The position numbers were made by a program, and so were the translations under genes. Shown here piece by piece: positions 1-9,587 of a stretch of DNA of 64,000 nucleotides. Within the stretch, counting starts at the first letter, position 1; every line of letters begins with the position of its first letter. The stretch is taken from contig CAVFZF010000004.1 of the NCBI GenBank assembly GCA_963627025.1, positions 3,275 to 67,274 on the forward strand. Reading direction: 5' to 3'. The notes under the pieces are model-generated. The model was given only the letters and a program-made list of their open reading frames with translations, did not search any database and was not told the origin of the DNA. The stretch is from Bifidobacteriaceae bacterium. GTDB taxonomy: Bacteria; Bacteroidota; Bacteroidia; Bacteroidales; Bacteroidaceae.

Positions 1-2
1 TA

Positions 3-1202
3 ATGAACTGGGCCATACAGGACAAGGAGATGAAGTTCTATCTCTACCTGCGCTCAATGGAGAACATGTACAATCTGCTTGTCCCCACGGACGATGCGCT
101 GAAAAACTACCGTGACCCCATATCCTGGGCCCGGGGCAAGAGCCAGCGCCGGATATGGGAGTTCAAGTATGCAGAGGGCGATGAAAACCCCGTGAGTGTG
201 GATGTCTACACCGTCGACGACCTCGGTCAGAAAGACAAGGTGGAGCGCACCATCACTGACAAATCGGTCATCCGCAACCGCCTGAACGACATTTGTGACC
301 GCCACATCATCGTGGGCGACATGGACAGCGAGGGCAACATGGGCGGCTATATAGACGACGGCACGGCGCAGTTTGTCCAGAGCAAGGGCGGCTCCACGCT
401 TGAAATCAGCGGTTCGGGCGACGGTCTGCGCGTCAGGGGCGGCGGCGACATAGAGCAGAATGCAGTGCCTGCACGCATAACGGCCAATGAGACGACGGGC
501 AAACTCGAGCGCTATGATGCCGACAACGGACGCATCTGGTTCATCGACAAGGTGCTGCAGGACCCGGTGATGTCGGTCAAGGAGATACTGGGCAGCCACC
601 CCGAGTACTCCGAATTCTACAATCTGCTGCTCGGCAACAGTGCCGTGTTCAAGTATTTCGAGAACGACAAGGAGATAAAGAGTATCTTCGGACTCAACAA
701 GACATCCGGCACGTCGGGTCTGGGTGAGGTTGTCCTGTCGTTCAACAACTTCCGCTACACGGTGTTCGTCCCGACCAATGCCGCCGTGGAAGAGGCGTTC
801 CGCAACGATGCGGACCTGCATACATGGGACGAGATAGAGGCTCAGGACAATGCCACACTGAAGCGTCAGTGGGCCGTGCACCTCATCCGTTTCCTGAAAT
901 ACCACTTCATGGACAACTCCATCTACATCGACGGCAAGGCGTCAAGCACCCGCACTTTCGAGACAGCGGCACGCAATGACGACAGCAAGTTCCAGACTCT
1001 AAGGGTGTCAACCGACGGCACTTCCCTCACCGTAACCGACGCACACGGCAACTCTGCCCATGTGGTTCGCCAGGCAGGACTTTACAATGTGCAGGGCCGC
1101 GACATCATTGTCAACAATGCCGACTACTCCAAAGCCGACCGGATAGAGTCCTCCTCGTTCTCTGTCATCCACCTTGTTGACAAGGCACTTCTGCCGGAAT
1201 AA
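3..1202 (+). CDS. Fasciclin (FAS1)-domain protein of the PUL; probably 5'-truncated by the window edge
   Basis: FAS1 H1 motifs YNLLVPTDDA and YTVFVPTNAA; H2 motifs NGRIWFIDKVL and SVIHLVDKAL; no signal peptide in the visible part; directly upstream of SusC. Confidence 0.8.
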   Translation: MNWAIQDKEMKFYLYLRSMENMYNLLVPTDDALKNYRDPISWARGKSQRRIWEFKYAEGDENPVSVDVYTVDDLGQKDKVERTITDKSVIRNRLNDICDRHIIVGDMDSEGNMGGYIDDGTAQFVQSKGGSTLEISGSGDGLRVRGGGDIEQNAVPARITANETTGKLERYDADNGRIWFIDKVLQDPVMSVKEILGSHPEYSEFYNLLLGNSAVFKYFENDKEIKSIFGLNKTSGTSGLGEVVLSFNNFRYTVFVPTNAAVEEAFRNDADLHTWDEIEAQDNATLKRQWAVHLIRFLKYHFMDNSIYIDGKASSTRTFETAARNDDSKFQTLRVSTDGTSLTVTDAHGNSAHVVRQAGLYNVQGRDIIVNNADYSKADRIESSSFSVIHLVDKALLPE

Positions 1203-1235
1203 AACAGACAAACTACCGATAAGCAATACTCAACA

Positions 1236-4200
1236 ATGAAGCATACAGCGTTAATATTACTTGCCCTGCTGGTGTCGCACCTGTCCATGGCGCAGGATGT
1301 CGTCATCACAGGCCATGTGGGCGAGACTATGGGTGACATCATAGGTGCCAATGTCATAGAGCAAGACAAGGGCGGACGTATCGTGTCGTCAGTGGTGACC
1401 GACATCAACGGCAATTTCTCCCTGTCGGTAAAGAACACCGACAACAGTCTGAAGGTGTCTTACGTCGGGTTCAAGACCATAATAGTCCCGATAAAAGACC
1501 GTCGCCGCTTTGACCTGACCATGGAGGACGAGAGCAACATGGTGCAGGAAGTGCAGGTCACAGCCAAGAGGCTGCACAACGACGGCACGTTCATGATACC
1601 CGAAAGGGAGGTCTCCGGCGCCACGCAATCCATCAGCATGAAGACCTTTGAGGGCATGTCGGTGGCATCGGTCGACGATGCCCTGCAGGGACGGATTGCC
1701 GGTCTGGACATCGTCGCCAACTCCGGCGACCTCGGAAGCGGCTCCGCTCTCCGTGTGCGGGGCACCACTTCCATCAACTCAAGTTCCACTCCGCTCATCC
1801 TGCTCAATGACATTCCCTTTGAGAGCAATCTCGATGCGTCGTTCGATTTCAACACTGCCACCAACGACCAGTTTGCCACTCTGCTGAGCATATCGCCCAA
1901 TGACATCGAGGACATCACCGTCATGAAGGACGGTGCGGCGTGTGCCATCTGGGGCTCACGGGGTGCCAACGGCATCATAAGCATACATACCAAGAAGGGT
2001 GTGACCGGTCCCACGCGCGTGTCCTATTCCTACCGTTTCTCCGGGTCGTGGCAGCCGGCAGGCATGAAGATGCTCAATGGCGATGACTACACGATGCTCA
2101 TGAAGCAGGCCTACTTCAACCGCAACCAGGACGAGTCGGAGTGTGACATACCGGAGTTCAACTATGACCCCACGTTTTCGGAGTATCAGCAGTACAACAA
2201 CAATACCGACTGGGTGAAGGAGGTGAGCCAGTTCGGCCTGACCCACGACCACTCGCTCGCCGTGAGCGGCGGCGGTTCGAAGGCTAAGTTCCGTGCCTCT
2301 CTCGGCTACTATTCCCAGACGGGCACCGTCATCGAGCAGCGCATGGACCGTCTGTCCTCCCGCATGAATCTGGAATACCAGGTCTCAGACCGTCTGAAGT
2401 TCATAAGCGACTTCTCGATGACCTATACCGACAACAACAAGAACTACGAACAGACATACCAGGGCAGCAGTATTGGTCTGCTCGACAATGCCTACCGCAA
2501 GATGCCCAACCTCACTGTCTACCGCAAGGACATGTACGGCAACCTCACCAATACATACTACAATGTGCTCGAGAACGCCGGTATCAGTTCGGAACAGAAG
2601 GAATTGCTCAACCCCGTGGCGGTGGCTCATCTGGCAAAGAACGTGCAGAAGAACATGCGCATCATCCCCACGCTGCGCATACAATATGACTTCATCCAGC
2701 CGTCGGACTACCAGCGTCTGCGCTACAACGGCTATATCTCGTTTGACATAGAGAACAACAAGTACAACAAGTTCCTGCCAAAGGAGATTGTTCCGAAGAG
2801 TTGGCTCAACATCGATATCAACCGTGCGGAAGACCAGGAGCAGGAGGGATTGACCGTGATGACCGATCAGAACATCACATGGCAGCCCAATCTGGGGAAT
2901 GACCACTCGCTCATGCTCTACGGTTCGTGGCAACTGACATCGGGAAGTTCGCAGTATCAGCAGTTCCAGACCTACGGTTCGGCATCCGGTTCGATAGTAA
3001 GCGGCACGGCAGGTGCTAACCCTTACTACACGGCAAGTGGCGCTGGTCAGTGGCGTTCGATGGCTGTATTGGGACGATTCCACTACTCTTACCAGGGACG
3101 TTACATCCTTGACGGCACCGTGAGATATGACGGCAGCAGCCGTTTCGGCAGCAACAACCGCTGGGGCAGTTTCCCCTCTGTCTCGGGAAAATGGATTGTC
3201 AGCGACGAGAAGTTCCTTGAGAGTTGCCGCAAATGGCTCTCCGAACTGTCGATACGTGCCGGTTGGGGCGTGACGGGCAACCAGCCCAACTCGGAATACC
3301 TCTACTACAGCCGCTACAACGGCAACTGGAGCAGCGGCGGCAACAACTATAACGGCACGTCGACAATCAAGCCCTCGTCGCTGAAACTCGACAACCTGAG
3401 GTGGGAACGCTCCGCTTCATACAACCTGGGCTTCAATCTGGCATTGTTTGACAACCTCTTCGTGAGCGACATAAATGTCTATCACCGCCGCACGACCGAC
3501 CTTCTGTTTGAGAACCAGAGCATCCCGTCGTCGACAGGATTCGGTTCCATAAGTTACATCAACGCTGGAACGATGGACAATGACGGTTGGGAACTCAATG
3601 TCTACACCAACAACCTGATCAAGGCGGGCAAGTGGGTTGTGGATTTCAATGCCAACCTTTCCAACTACAGCAATACCATCAAGGCACTCGACGACAATGT
3701 GCTCGCCAGTTACAACGGCGACTTCGACTACAACAACGGTTCGTATCTGAGCCGTGTGCAGGTGGGAAACTCGTTTGGAAGCATCTACGGTTTCCGTTAC
3801 AAAGGCGTCTACCAGTACGACAAATACGTTGAGGGGCGCGAGGGAACGTGTCCTGTCGTGAAGGATGCCGCCGGCAACGTGATAAAGGACAGTTACGGTG
3901 AGGCCATACCGATGTACTTCGCCTATGGAACGACCAATGCCCGCAAGTTCCGCGGAGGCGACGCCATCTATGAGGACATCAATCACGACGGAACGATAGA
4001 TGAACTTGACATAGTGTATCTCGGCAACTGCAACCCGAAGATAAACGGCGGTTTCGGTCTTACGGTGAAATACAACCAGAGGCTCTCGATAAACGCTTTC
4101 TTCAATTTCCGTTACGGCAACAAGGTCATCAACTATGCGCGTATGTACGCCGAAAACATGTATGGCAACGACAACCAGAGCATTGCCGTGAACTGGAGAT

Positions 4201-4526
4201 GGCGCAAAGACGGCGACATAACGGAGATTCCGCGCGCCCTCTATCAGGACGGCAGAAACTGGCTGGGCAGTGACAGGTTTGTGGAAGACGGCTCTTTCCT
4301 GCGCTTCAAGCAACTGACGGTGAACTATTCCTTTGACCGCAAGACGCTGCAGCCGCTTGGACTGACGCAACTTGGACTGTCCTTCACGCTCAACAACATC
4401 CTGACCTTTACGAAATATACGGGTGTCGACCCCGAGATATCCCCCAACAGCCAGGGCATCTGCGCCGATTACAGCAAGACACCGCGCTCCAAATACTTCA
4501 CGCTGGGCGTGACATTGGGATTCTGA
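1236..4526 (+). CDS. susC: SusC/RagA-family TonB-dependent transporter (copy 1)
   Basis: Signal peptide ending SMA-Q; N-terminal CarboxypepD_reg-like domain; plug motif ISPNDIEDITVMKD...GSRGANGII; RYDGSSRFG; VEDGSFLRFK; C-terminal F. Confidence 0.95.
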   Translation: MKHTALILLALLVSHLSMAQDVVITGHVGETMGDIIGANVIEQDKGGRIVSSVVTDINGNFSLSVKNTDNSLKVSYVGFKTIIVPIKDRRRFDLTMEDESNMVQEVQVTAKRLHNDGTFMIPEREVSGATQSISMKTFEGMSVASVDDALQGRIAGLDIVANSGDLGSGSALRVRGTTSINSSSTPLILLNDIPFESNLDASFDFNTATNDQFATLLSISPNDIEDITVMKDGAACAIWGSRGANGIISIHTKKGVTGPTRVSYSYRFSGSWQPAGMKMLNGDDYTMLMKQAYFNRNQDESECDIPEFNYDPTFSEYQQYNNNTDWVKEVSQFGLTHDHSLAVSGGGSKAKFRASLGYYSQTGTVIEQRMDRLSSRMNLEYQVSDRLKFISDFSMTYTDNNKNYEQTYQGSSIGLLDNAYRKMPNLTVYRKDMYGNLTNTYYNVLENAGISSEQKELLNPVAVAHLAKNVQKNMRIIPTLRIQYDFIQPSDYQRLRYNGYISFDIENNKYNKFLPKEIVPKSWLNIDINRAEDQEQEGLTVMTDQNITWQPNLGNDHSLMLYGSWQLTSGSSQYQQFQTYGSASGSIVSGTAGANPYYTASGAGQWRSMAVLGRFHYSYQGRYILDGTVRYDGSSRFGSNNRWGSFPSVSGKWIVSDEKFLESCRKWLSELSIRAGWGVTGNQPNSEYLYYSRYNGNWSSGGNNYNGTSTIKPSSLKLDNLRWERSASYNLGFNLALFDNLFVSDINVYHRRTTDLLFENQSIPSSTGFGSISYINAGTMDNDGWELNVYTNNLIKAGKWVVDFNANLSNYSNTIKALDDNVLASYNGDFDYNNGSYLSRVQVGNSFGSIYGFRYKGVYQYDKYVEGREGTCPVVKDAAGNVIKDSYGEAIPMYFAYGTTNARKFRGGDAIYEDINHDGTIDELDIVYLGNCNPKINGGFGLTVKYNQRLSINAFFNFRYGNKVINYARMYAENMYGNDNQSIAVNWRWRKDGDITEIPRALYQDGRNWLGSDRFVEDGSFLRFKQLTVNYSFDRKTLQPLGLTQLGLSFTLNNILTFTKYTGVDPEISPNSQGICADYSKTPRSKYFTLGVTLGF

Positions 4527-4551
4527 TACATAACATTTAGGACATACGACT

Positions 4552-6108
4552 ATGAAACTATACAATATCACAAAAGTGTTTGTCAGCCTGTCAACCGTGC
4601 TTGTGTTGGCATCGTGCGACCAGTTCTTTGACATAAAGCCCGAGTCGGAACTTGTCAGCGAGGATTTCTGGCAGTCGAAAAGCGATGTCGAGAGCAGCGT
4701 CGCGGCTTGCTACCGCGCCCTTCAGGAACCTGATGTCATGGAGCGTTTCATCGTCTGGGGCGAGGTGAGATCAGACAATGTGCTCCGCGGTTACAACTGT
4801 AACGAGGCGATAGACAACATCTTGAAACTCAATATTGACGCGACCAACGGATACACAAGTTGGGGATGCGTCTACACGGCGATAAACTATTGCAACACGG
4901 TGATAAAGAATGCACCCGGCGTGATGCAGCGAGACCCGAACTTCAAGCAGAGCGAACTCCTCGCCTATATGGCGGAGGCGAAGACCCTGCGCGCCCTTTG
5001 CTATTTCTGGCTTGTCAGGACTTTCAAGGATGTTCCGTTCATCACAGAACCCTATGTCGACACAAGCCGCCCGTTCCAAGTGGCGCAGACCGACGGCAAC
5101 GGGATTCTCCAGACGTTGCTGGAAGACCTCAATGCTGTGACGATGCAGGCCAAGGCGGTCTACAGCACCACCTCGGACACCAAGGGACACATCACCCAAA
5201 AGGCGGTGCTGACGCTGATGGCGGACATGTATCTCTGGCTCGGACAGTATGATTCCTGTATTGACTGCTGCGACAAGGTGCTCACTCTGAAGACCAACCC
5301 GCTGCAGTTGGAGCAGTCGTCGGTCTATAACCAGAACGTATTCGGCACAGGCAACTCCAGGGAAAGTATCTTTGAACTGCAGTTCAGCACCGATACTCCC
5401 GACTATGTGGTCAACGAGATGTACAACACGACAGGCGGCCGCAACTCCTACAGCCACCTTTCATCGTTGCAGTTCAGCAACTATGAGACGTTCATTGACA
5501 GGCACAGCGACAGCCGCTTCAACGATGCGATGTTCGGAAGCACGTCGTCAACGTCTATCCCTATAAAGAAATATGTGGCTTACCGCAAAGAGTCGTCCGG
5601 CTCGAATGTGTCGGAAGCCGACTATGTAGCCAATGCCAACACCCAGAACTGGATATTCTACAGGCTCTCCGACATATACACCATGAAGGCGGAGGCTCTG
5701 GTAGAGCGCAACGGAGAGGGCGATTTGCAGGAGGCATACGACATGTTGTGCAAGACCTACGACCGTGCCAATCCGTCGAAGACGGCAGGTTCGCTGGACT
5801 TTTCCAAGTACAACCAGCAGTCGGCAATGCGCAACCTCGTGTTTGACGAGCGTCAGAGGGAGTTCCTCTTTGAGGGTAAACGCTATTTCGATCTGTTGAG
5901 GAGGGTGCGCCGTGAGGGCAGTACTCAGAGTGTGGTTCAGACCTACCTGATGCGCAAATACTCCACTCTGGACCAGACGACGGTCACTTCCCGTCTGGCA
6001 ACAGTCGATGCCCTCTATATGCCAATCAACAAAGACGAGTTGAAACTCAATGCCTTGCTTAAGCAGAATCCGTTCTACAAGACATCTTCGGGCATAGAGA
6101 AAAACTGA
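4552..6108 (+). CDS. susD: SusD/RagB-family glycan-binding lipoprotein (copy 1)
   Basis: Lipobox LASC; EAKTLRALCYFWLVRTFKDVP; RLSDIY; ERQREFLFEGKRYFDLLR; follows SusC. Confidence 0.95.
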   Translation: MKLYNITKVFVSLSTVLVLASCDQFFDIKPESELVSEDFWQSKSDVESSVAACYRALQEPDVMERFIVWGEVRSDNVLRGYNCNEAIDNILKLNIDATNGYTSWGCVYTAINYCNTVIKNAPGVMQRDPNFKQSELLAYMAEAKTLRALCYFWLVRTFKDVPFITEPYVDTSRPFQVAQTDGNGILQTLLEDLNAVTMQAKAVYSTTSDTKGHITQKAVLTLMADMYLWLGQYDSCIDCCDKVLTLKTNPLQLEQSSVYNQNVFGTGNSRESIFELQFSTDTPDYVVNEMYNTTGGRNSYSHLSSLQFSNYETFIDRHSDSRFNDAMFGSTSSTSIPIKKYVAYRKESSGSNVSEADYVANANTQNWIFYRLSDIYTMKAEALVERNGEGDLQEAYDMLCKTYDRANPSKTAGSLDFSKYNQQSAMRNLVFDERQREFLFEGKRYFDLLRRVRREGSTQSVVQTYLMRKYSTLDQTTVTSRLATVDALYMPINKDELKLNALLKQNPFYKTSSGIEKN

Positions 6109-6137
6109 TATTAACGGCGATAAAACAAACATACACG

Positions 6138-7958
6138 ATGAAACGTATATATTCATTTCTTTCCATAATGACAATCGGAGCACCCCTTCTGTTGTCGGGA
6201 TGTGGGGATAATGTTTCGACAGACAGTTACTACACGTTCACGGAACAGACTGTGGCGAGTTATTGCGAGAACAATCCGGAGCATTTCTCCGTCTTCTCAC
6301 AGTTGCTCAAGGATGCCGGCGAGGAGCCTCTGTTGGCTTCCTACGGACATTACACCGCCTTCATTCCCACCGATTCGGCGTTCAATGTCTATTTCAAGGA
6401 GAACAACCTGTCTCTTGAGACCATGACAAAGGGAGCAAAGGACACGATAATCTACAACCATGTCATACGCAGTGTGACACAGGATTTCATGACCAAGGAT
6501 TTCAATGAGGGTGCTATCAGCACCACAAACATGAGCAACCGTTTTGTGGTAATCTCTTATTCGCAGACCGAATCGGGCACTACGGAGATATGGGTCAACA
6601 AGTCCTCGCGGATAATATCCGCCGACAACGAGGTTCACAACGGTGTCGTGCACGCCATAGACAAGGTGCTGGTGCCGTCGCAGGAGAACCTCGGCAGCCA
6701 GTTGGAGACACTTCCCGAGTTCTCTCTCTTCTCGAAGGCTCTTGACTTGACGCACCTCACGGACTCCATAAAGGAAGCCTATGACATGACTTACAAGTCT
6801 CCCTATACGACGGAATATGTGAATGTGGTGGGCTATTCGGTAAAGGGACTGGCGCAGAAGAAACTGGGCTACACGATATTCGCAGAGCCTGACGACGTGT
6901 TCGCACAGAACGGCATCGGCGACATCGACGGTCTTGTGGCTTACGCGGAAGGTTACTACGGCACGGAAGACCGTGGAGACTATGCGAGCCGCAACAATGC
7001 GCTCAACAAGTTCATCTCCTATCACATCCTTGACCGCCAGATGTCTACCAACTCTTTTGTCTACACTGGGGCGAACACCGCCACTACCGCCATGGACAAA
7101 CGCTACGAATACTATGAGACAATGCTCGAAAACCGCATTATGGAGATAAAGGCAGGCAACAAAATCAACACGCTGAAGAGCGGCGACTGTGTCACCGTGG
7201 ATGCCGCAAGGAGCAATATCAGCGGTCTGAACGGCTATATCCATTGCCTTAACCGGATACTGGTCTATGATGAGGACAATATGCGCAATGACGTGCTGAA
7301 CAAGAGAATCCGCGTCGATGCCTACTCCCTTATGCCCGAACTGACCAATAACAACGTGCGTTGGCAACTCGTCAACGGTGTCAGTTACACCATGCCGCCG
7401 TCATATTGCGGCCGTCATCTCAAGTTCAATGACGACACAAAACTCATCATGTGGGGCAGTGAGAGTTGGGATGACCACCAGGCTGACGAGATGTCATTCC
7501 GTGGATGGTATGACTTTACCCTGCGCACGGTACCGCTTCCGCCCGGTACTTACGAGATACGCATAGGCTACAACAAGACCGATTGGCGCGGTATTGCGCA
7601 GTTGTTTGTCGACGGCAAGATTGCCGGAATACCTGTCAACCTCCGCATAGACGGTCTTGACCCCAAGATAGGTTGGGTGAAAGATGACGAGACAACCGAC
7701 GGCGGCATCGAGAATGACAAGATGTTGCGCAACCGCGGATATATGAAAGCACCCAACTCAATAATCAATTCCGGATACAAGATGAACCTTCGTGATGCGA
7801 AGAATGACCTGCGCATCATCGTCGGACAGTACACTTGGCAGGATTACGCTCCGCACTATCTCCGCGCGAAAAACGTGGAAGCGTCGGACAGAGAGTTCCA
7901 TCTTGACTACATAGAACTTGTTCCTGTGAGTTACATAGAGAATGAAGGTATTGACTGA
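6138..7958 (+). CDS. Fasciclin-domain lipoprotein with two FAS1 repeats and a C-terminal beta-sandwich (DUF5108-like)
   Basis: Lipobox LSGC; YTAFIPTDSAF/NGVVHAIDKVL and YTIFAEPDDVF/NGYIHCLNRIL; C-terminal PPGTYEIRIGY...FHLDYIELVP. Confidence 0.85.
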   Translation: MKRIYSFLSIMTIGAPLLLSGCGDNVSTDSYYTFTEQTVASYCENNPEHFSVFSQLLKDAGEEPLLASYGHYTAFIPTDSAFNVYFKENNLSLETMTKGAKDTIIYNHVIRSVTQDFMTKDFNEGAISTTNMSNRFVVISYSQTESGTTEIWVNKSSRIISADNEVHNGVVHAIDKVLVPSQENLGSQLETLPEFSLFSKALDLTHLTDSIKEAYDMTYKSPYTTEYVNVVGYSVKGLAQKKLGYTIFAEPDDVFAQNGIGDIDGLVAYAEGYYGTEDRGDYASRNNALNKFISYHILDRQMSTNSFVYTGANTATTAMDKRYEYYETMLENRIMEIKAGNKINTLKSGDCVTVDAARSNISGLNGYIHCLNRILVYDEDNMRNDVLNKRIRVDAYSLMPELTNNNVRWQLVNGVSYTMPPSYCGRHLKFNDDTKLIMWGSESWDDHQADEMSFRGWYDFTLRTVPLPPGTYEIRIGYNKTDWRGIAQLFVDGKIAGIPVNLRIDGLDPKIGWVKDDETTDGGIENDKMLRNRGYMKAPNSIINSGYKMNLRDAKNDLRIIVGQYTWQDYAPHYLRAKNVEASDREFHLDYIELVPVSYIENEGID

Positions 7959-7978
7959 AAACGACAAACAGATATAAT

Positions 7979-9574
7979 ATGAGACGCATATCATTGATAA
8001 TATCGGATGCATTGGCACTGTCGGCATTGGTGTTTGCCGTGTCGTCATGCAGCGACTGGAATGACCATTACGATGCCGGCGCAGGCAGCCAACGGTCAAG
8101 CAATCTCTACGAAACGCTTGCCAAGGATGCCGAAACGACAGACTTCGCAGCCCTTGCCGCACGTCTCGGTTATGACAAGACACTGTCTTCGTCGCAGACA
8201 TACACCGTTTTCGCCCCGACAAACGAGGCATTGGCTGGTGTTGACCTCAGCGACGATGTGACCGCAAGACGCCTGGTGGCAAACCATATAGCACGCTATA
8301 CGATACCGACATCTACCGGCACGGTTCAGGGAGTGAAGATGCTTACCGGCAAAAACTACTACTTTGACAGTGCCGACTGTTTCCAGGGATGTTCCATAGA
8401 GGATGCGAACATCAGGACGAAAAACGGCATCGTGCATCATGTCAACGGCATAATACCCTACTCATACAACATCCTGGAGTACATAAAGGAGACCCCCGGG
8501 TTCTCAAAACTCTACTCTTTCATAAGCCGGTTTGACGAGACCAAGTTTGATGAAGAGCACAGTGTGGAGACGGGAATAGACGATGAGGGACGCCCGGTCT
8601 ATGACTCCATTATGGTGAACTACAACCGTTTGCTTGAGGACAAGGTCTATGGCATCGGCCATATAGCCGACGAGGATTCCCTATACACGGTGCTTCTGCC
8701 CGACAATGACGCTTGGGACAAAGCCTACGACAGGATTTCACCTTATTATAAGGTGTGCGGAGCCGATGCCGAACATGCCGATTCCGTTCGGGATGTGCGC
8801 ACCGGTCTGGCAATCCTCAGTGACCTTGTCTACCGTGGAAAGGATGCCAATCCTGGGGATAAGGACTCGTTGGTGTCGACGACAGGGAGCGTTATCCATT
8901 CGCCAAACGGACTTTTCGCTGCCGCCGAACGGCATGACGTGTCAAACGGCTATGTGTTTACGGTGGCAGATTTGGCGTATAACAATGTGGAAACATGGAA
9001 CAAGGAGGTGTCCGTGGAGGCTGAAGAACAGAATGGCCGCAACTATAACAACACCACGACAAGTGTCTACACACGCACTCTGAAGAACGAAAGCCTTGTC
9101 ACAGACATAAGCGGTGACAGTTATATAGAGGTGCAGCCGAATACTTCAGCCACCAATCCGACGGTTCAGTTTGAGATTCCCAATGTGTTGGCAGGCAAGT
9201 ACAATATCTATGTTGTGCTGCTTCCTGCCACGGTAGACGGCAGCACCGCCGAGTTGGACTCTACGGTTGTCTCGTTCACACTCTACTATTCCAATGCGGA
9301 CGGTCGTGTCGTGAACAAGAAGAATACGAGCAAAACGCTGGTTACCAACAGCAGGGAAGTCACCAAGATGCTCGCTTTTCAGGAATTTGAGTTCCCCGTT
9401 TCCGACTATACAGACCGCCTTTGGCTGACCGACGACAACAACAATGCGGAAGATGTTGAGACTAAAACGTCCATGACGGTAAGTACCAATGTCACGACAA
9501 AAGAGTATTCTTCAAAGAAATATTCACGGACTTTCCGTCTTGACCGCATAGTATTGGAACCGATCAAGAATTAA
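7979..9574 (+). CDS. Fasciclin-domain lipoprotein
   Basis: Lipobox VSSC followed by SDWNDHYD; YTVFAPTNEAL/NGIVHHVNGII and YTVLLPDNDAW; C-terminal FRLDRIVLEP. Confidence 0.85.
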   Translation: MRRISLIISDALALSALVFAVSSCSDWNDHYDAGAGSQRSSNLYETLAKDAETTDFAALAARLGYDKTLSSSQTYTVFAPTNEALAGVDLSDDVTARRLVANHIARYTIPTSTGTVQGVKMLTGKNYYFDSADCFQGCSIEDANIRTKNGIVHHVNGIIPYSYNILEYIKETPGFSKLYSFISRFDETKFDEEHSVETGIDDEGRPVYDSIMVNYNRLLEDKVYGIGHIADEDSLYTVLLPDNDAWDKAYDRISPYYKVCGADAEHADSVRDVRTGLAILSDLVYRGKDANPGDKDSLVSTTGSVIHSPNGLFAAAERHDVSNGYVFTVADLAYNNVETWNKEVSVEAEEQNGRNYNNTTTSVYTRTLKNESLVTDISGDSYIEVQPNTSATNPTVQFEIPNVLAGKYNIYVVLLPATVDGSTAELDSTVVSFTLYYSNADGRVVNKKNTSKTLVTNSREVTKMLAFQEFEFPVSDYTDRLWLTDDNNNAEDVETKTSMTVSTNVTTKEYSSKKYSRTFRLDRIVLEPIKN

Positions 9575-9587
9575 TTTTCCACGACCT

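Noticed and set aside
1..6108. Apparently higher GC in the first FAS1/SusC/SusD genes
   Set aside because: Impression only and not computed; AGCT depletion is the same there and there are no mobility marks.
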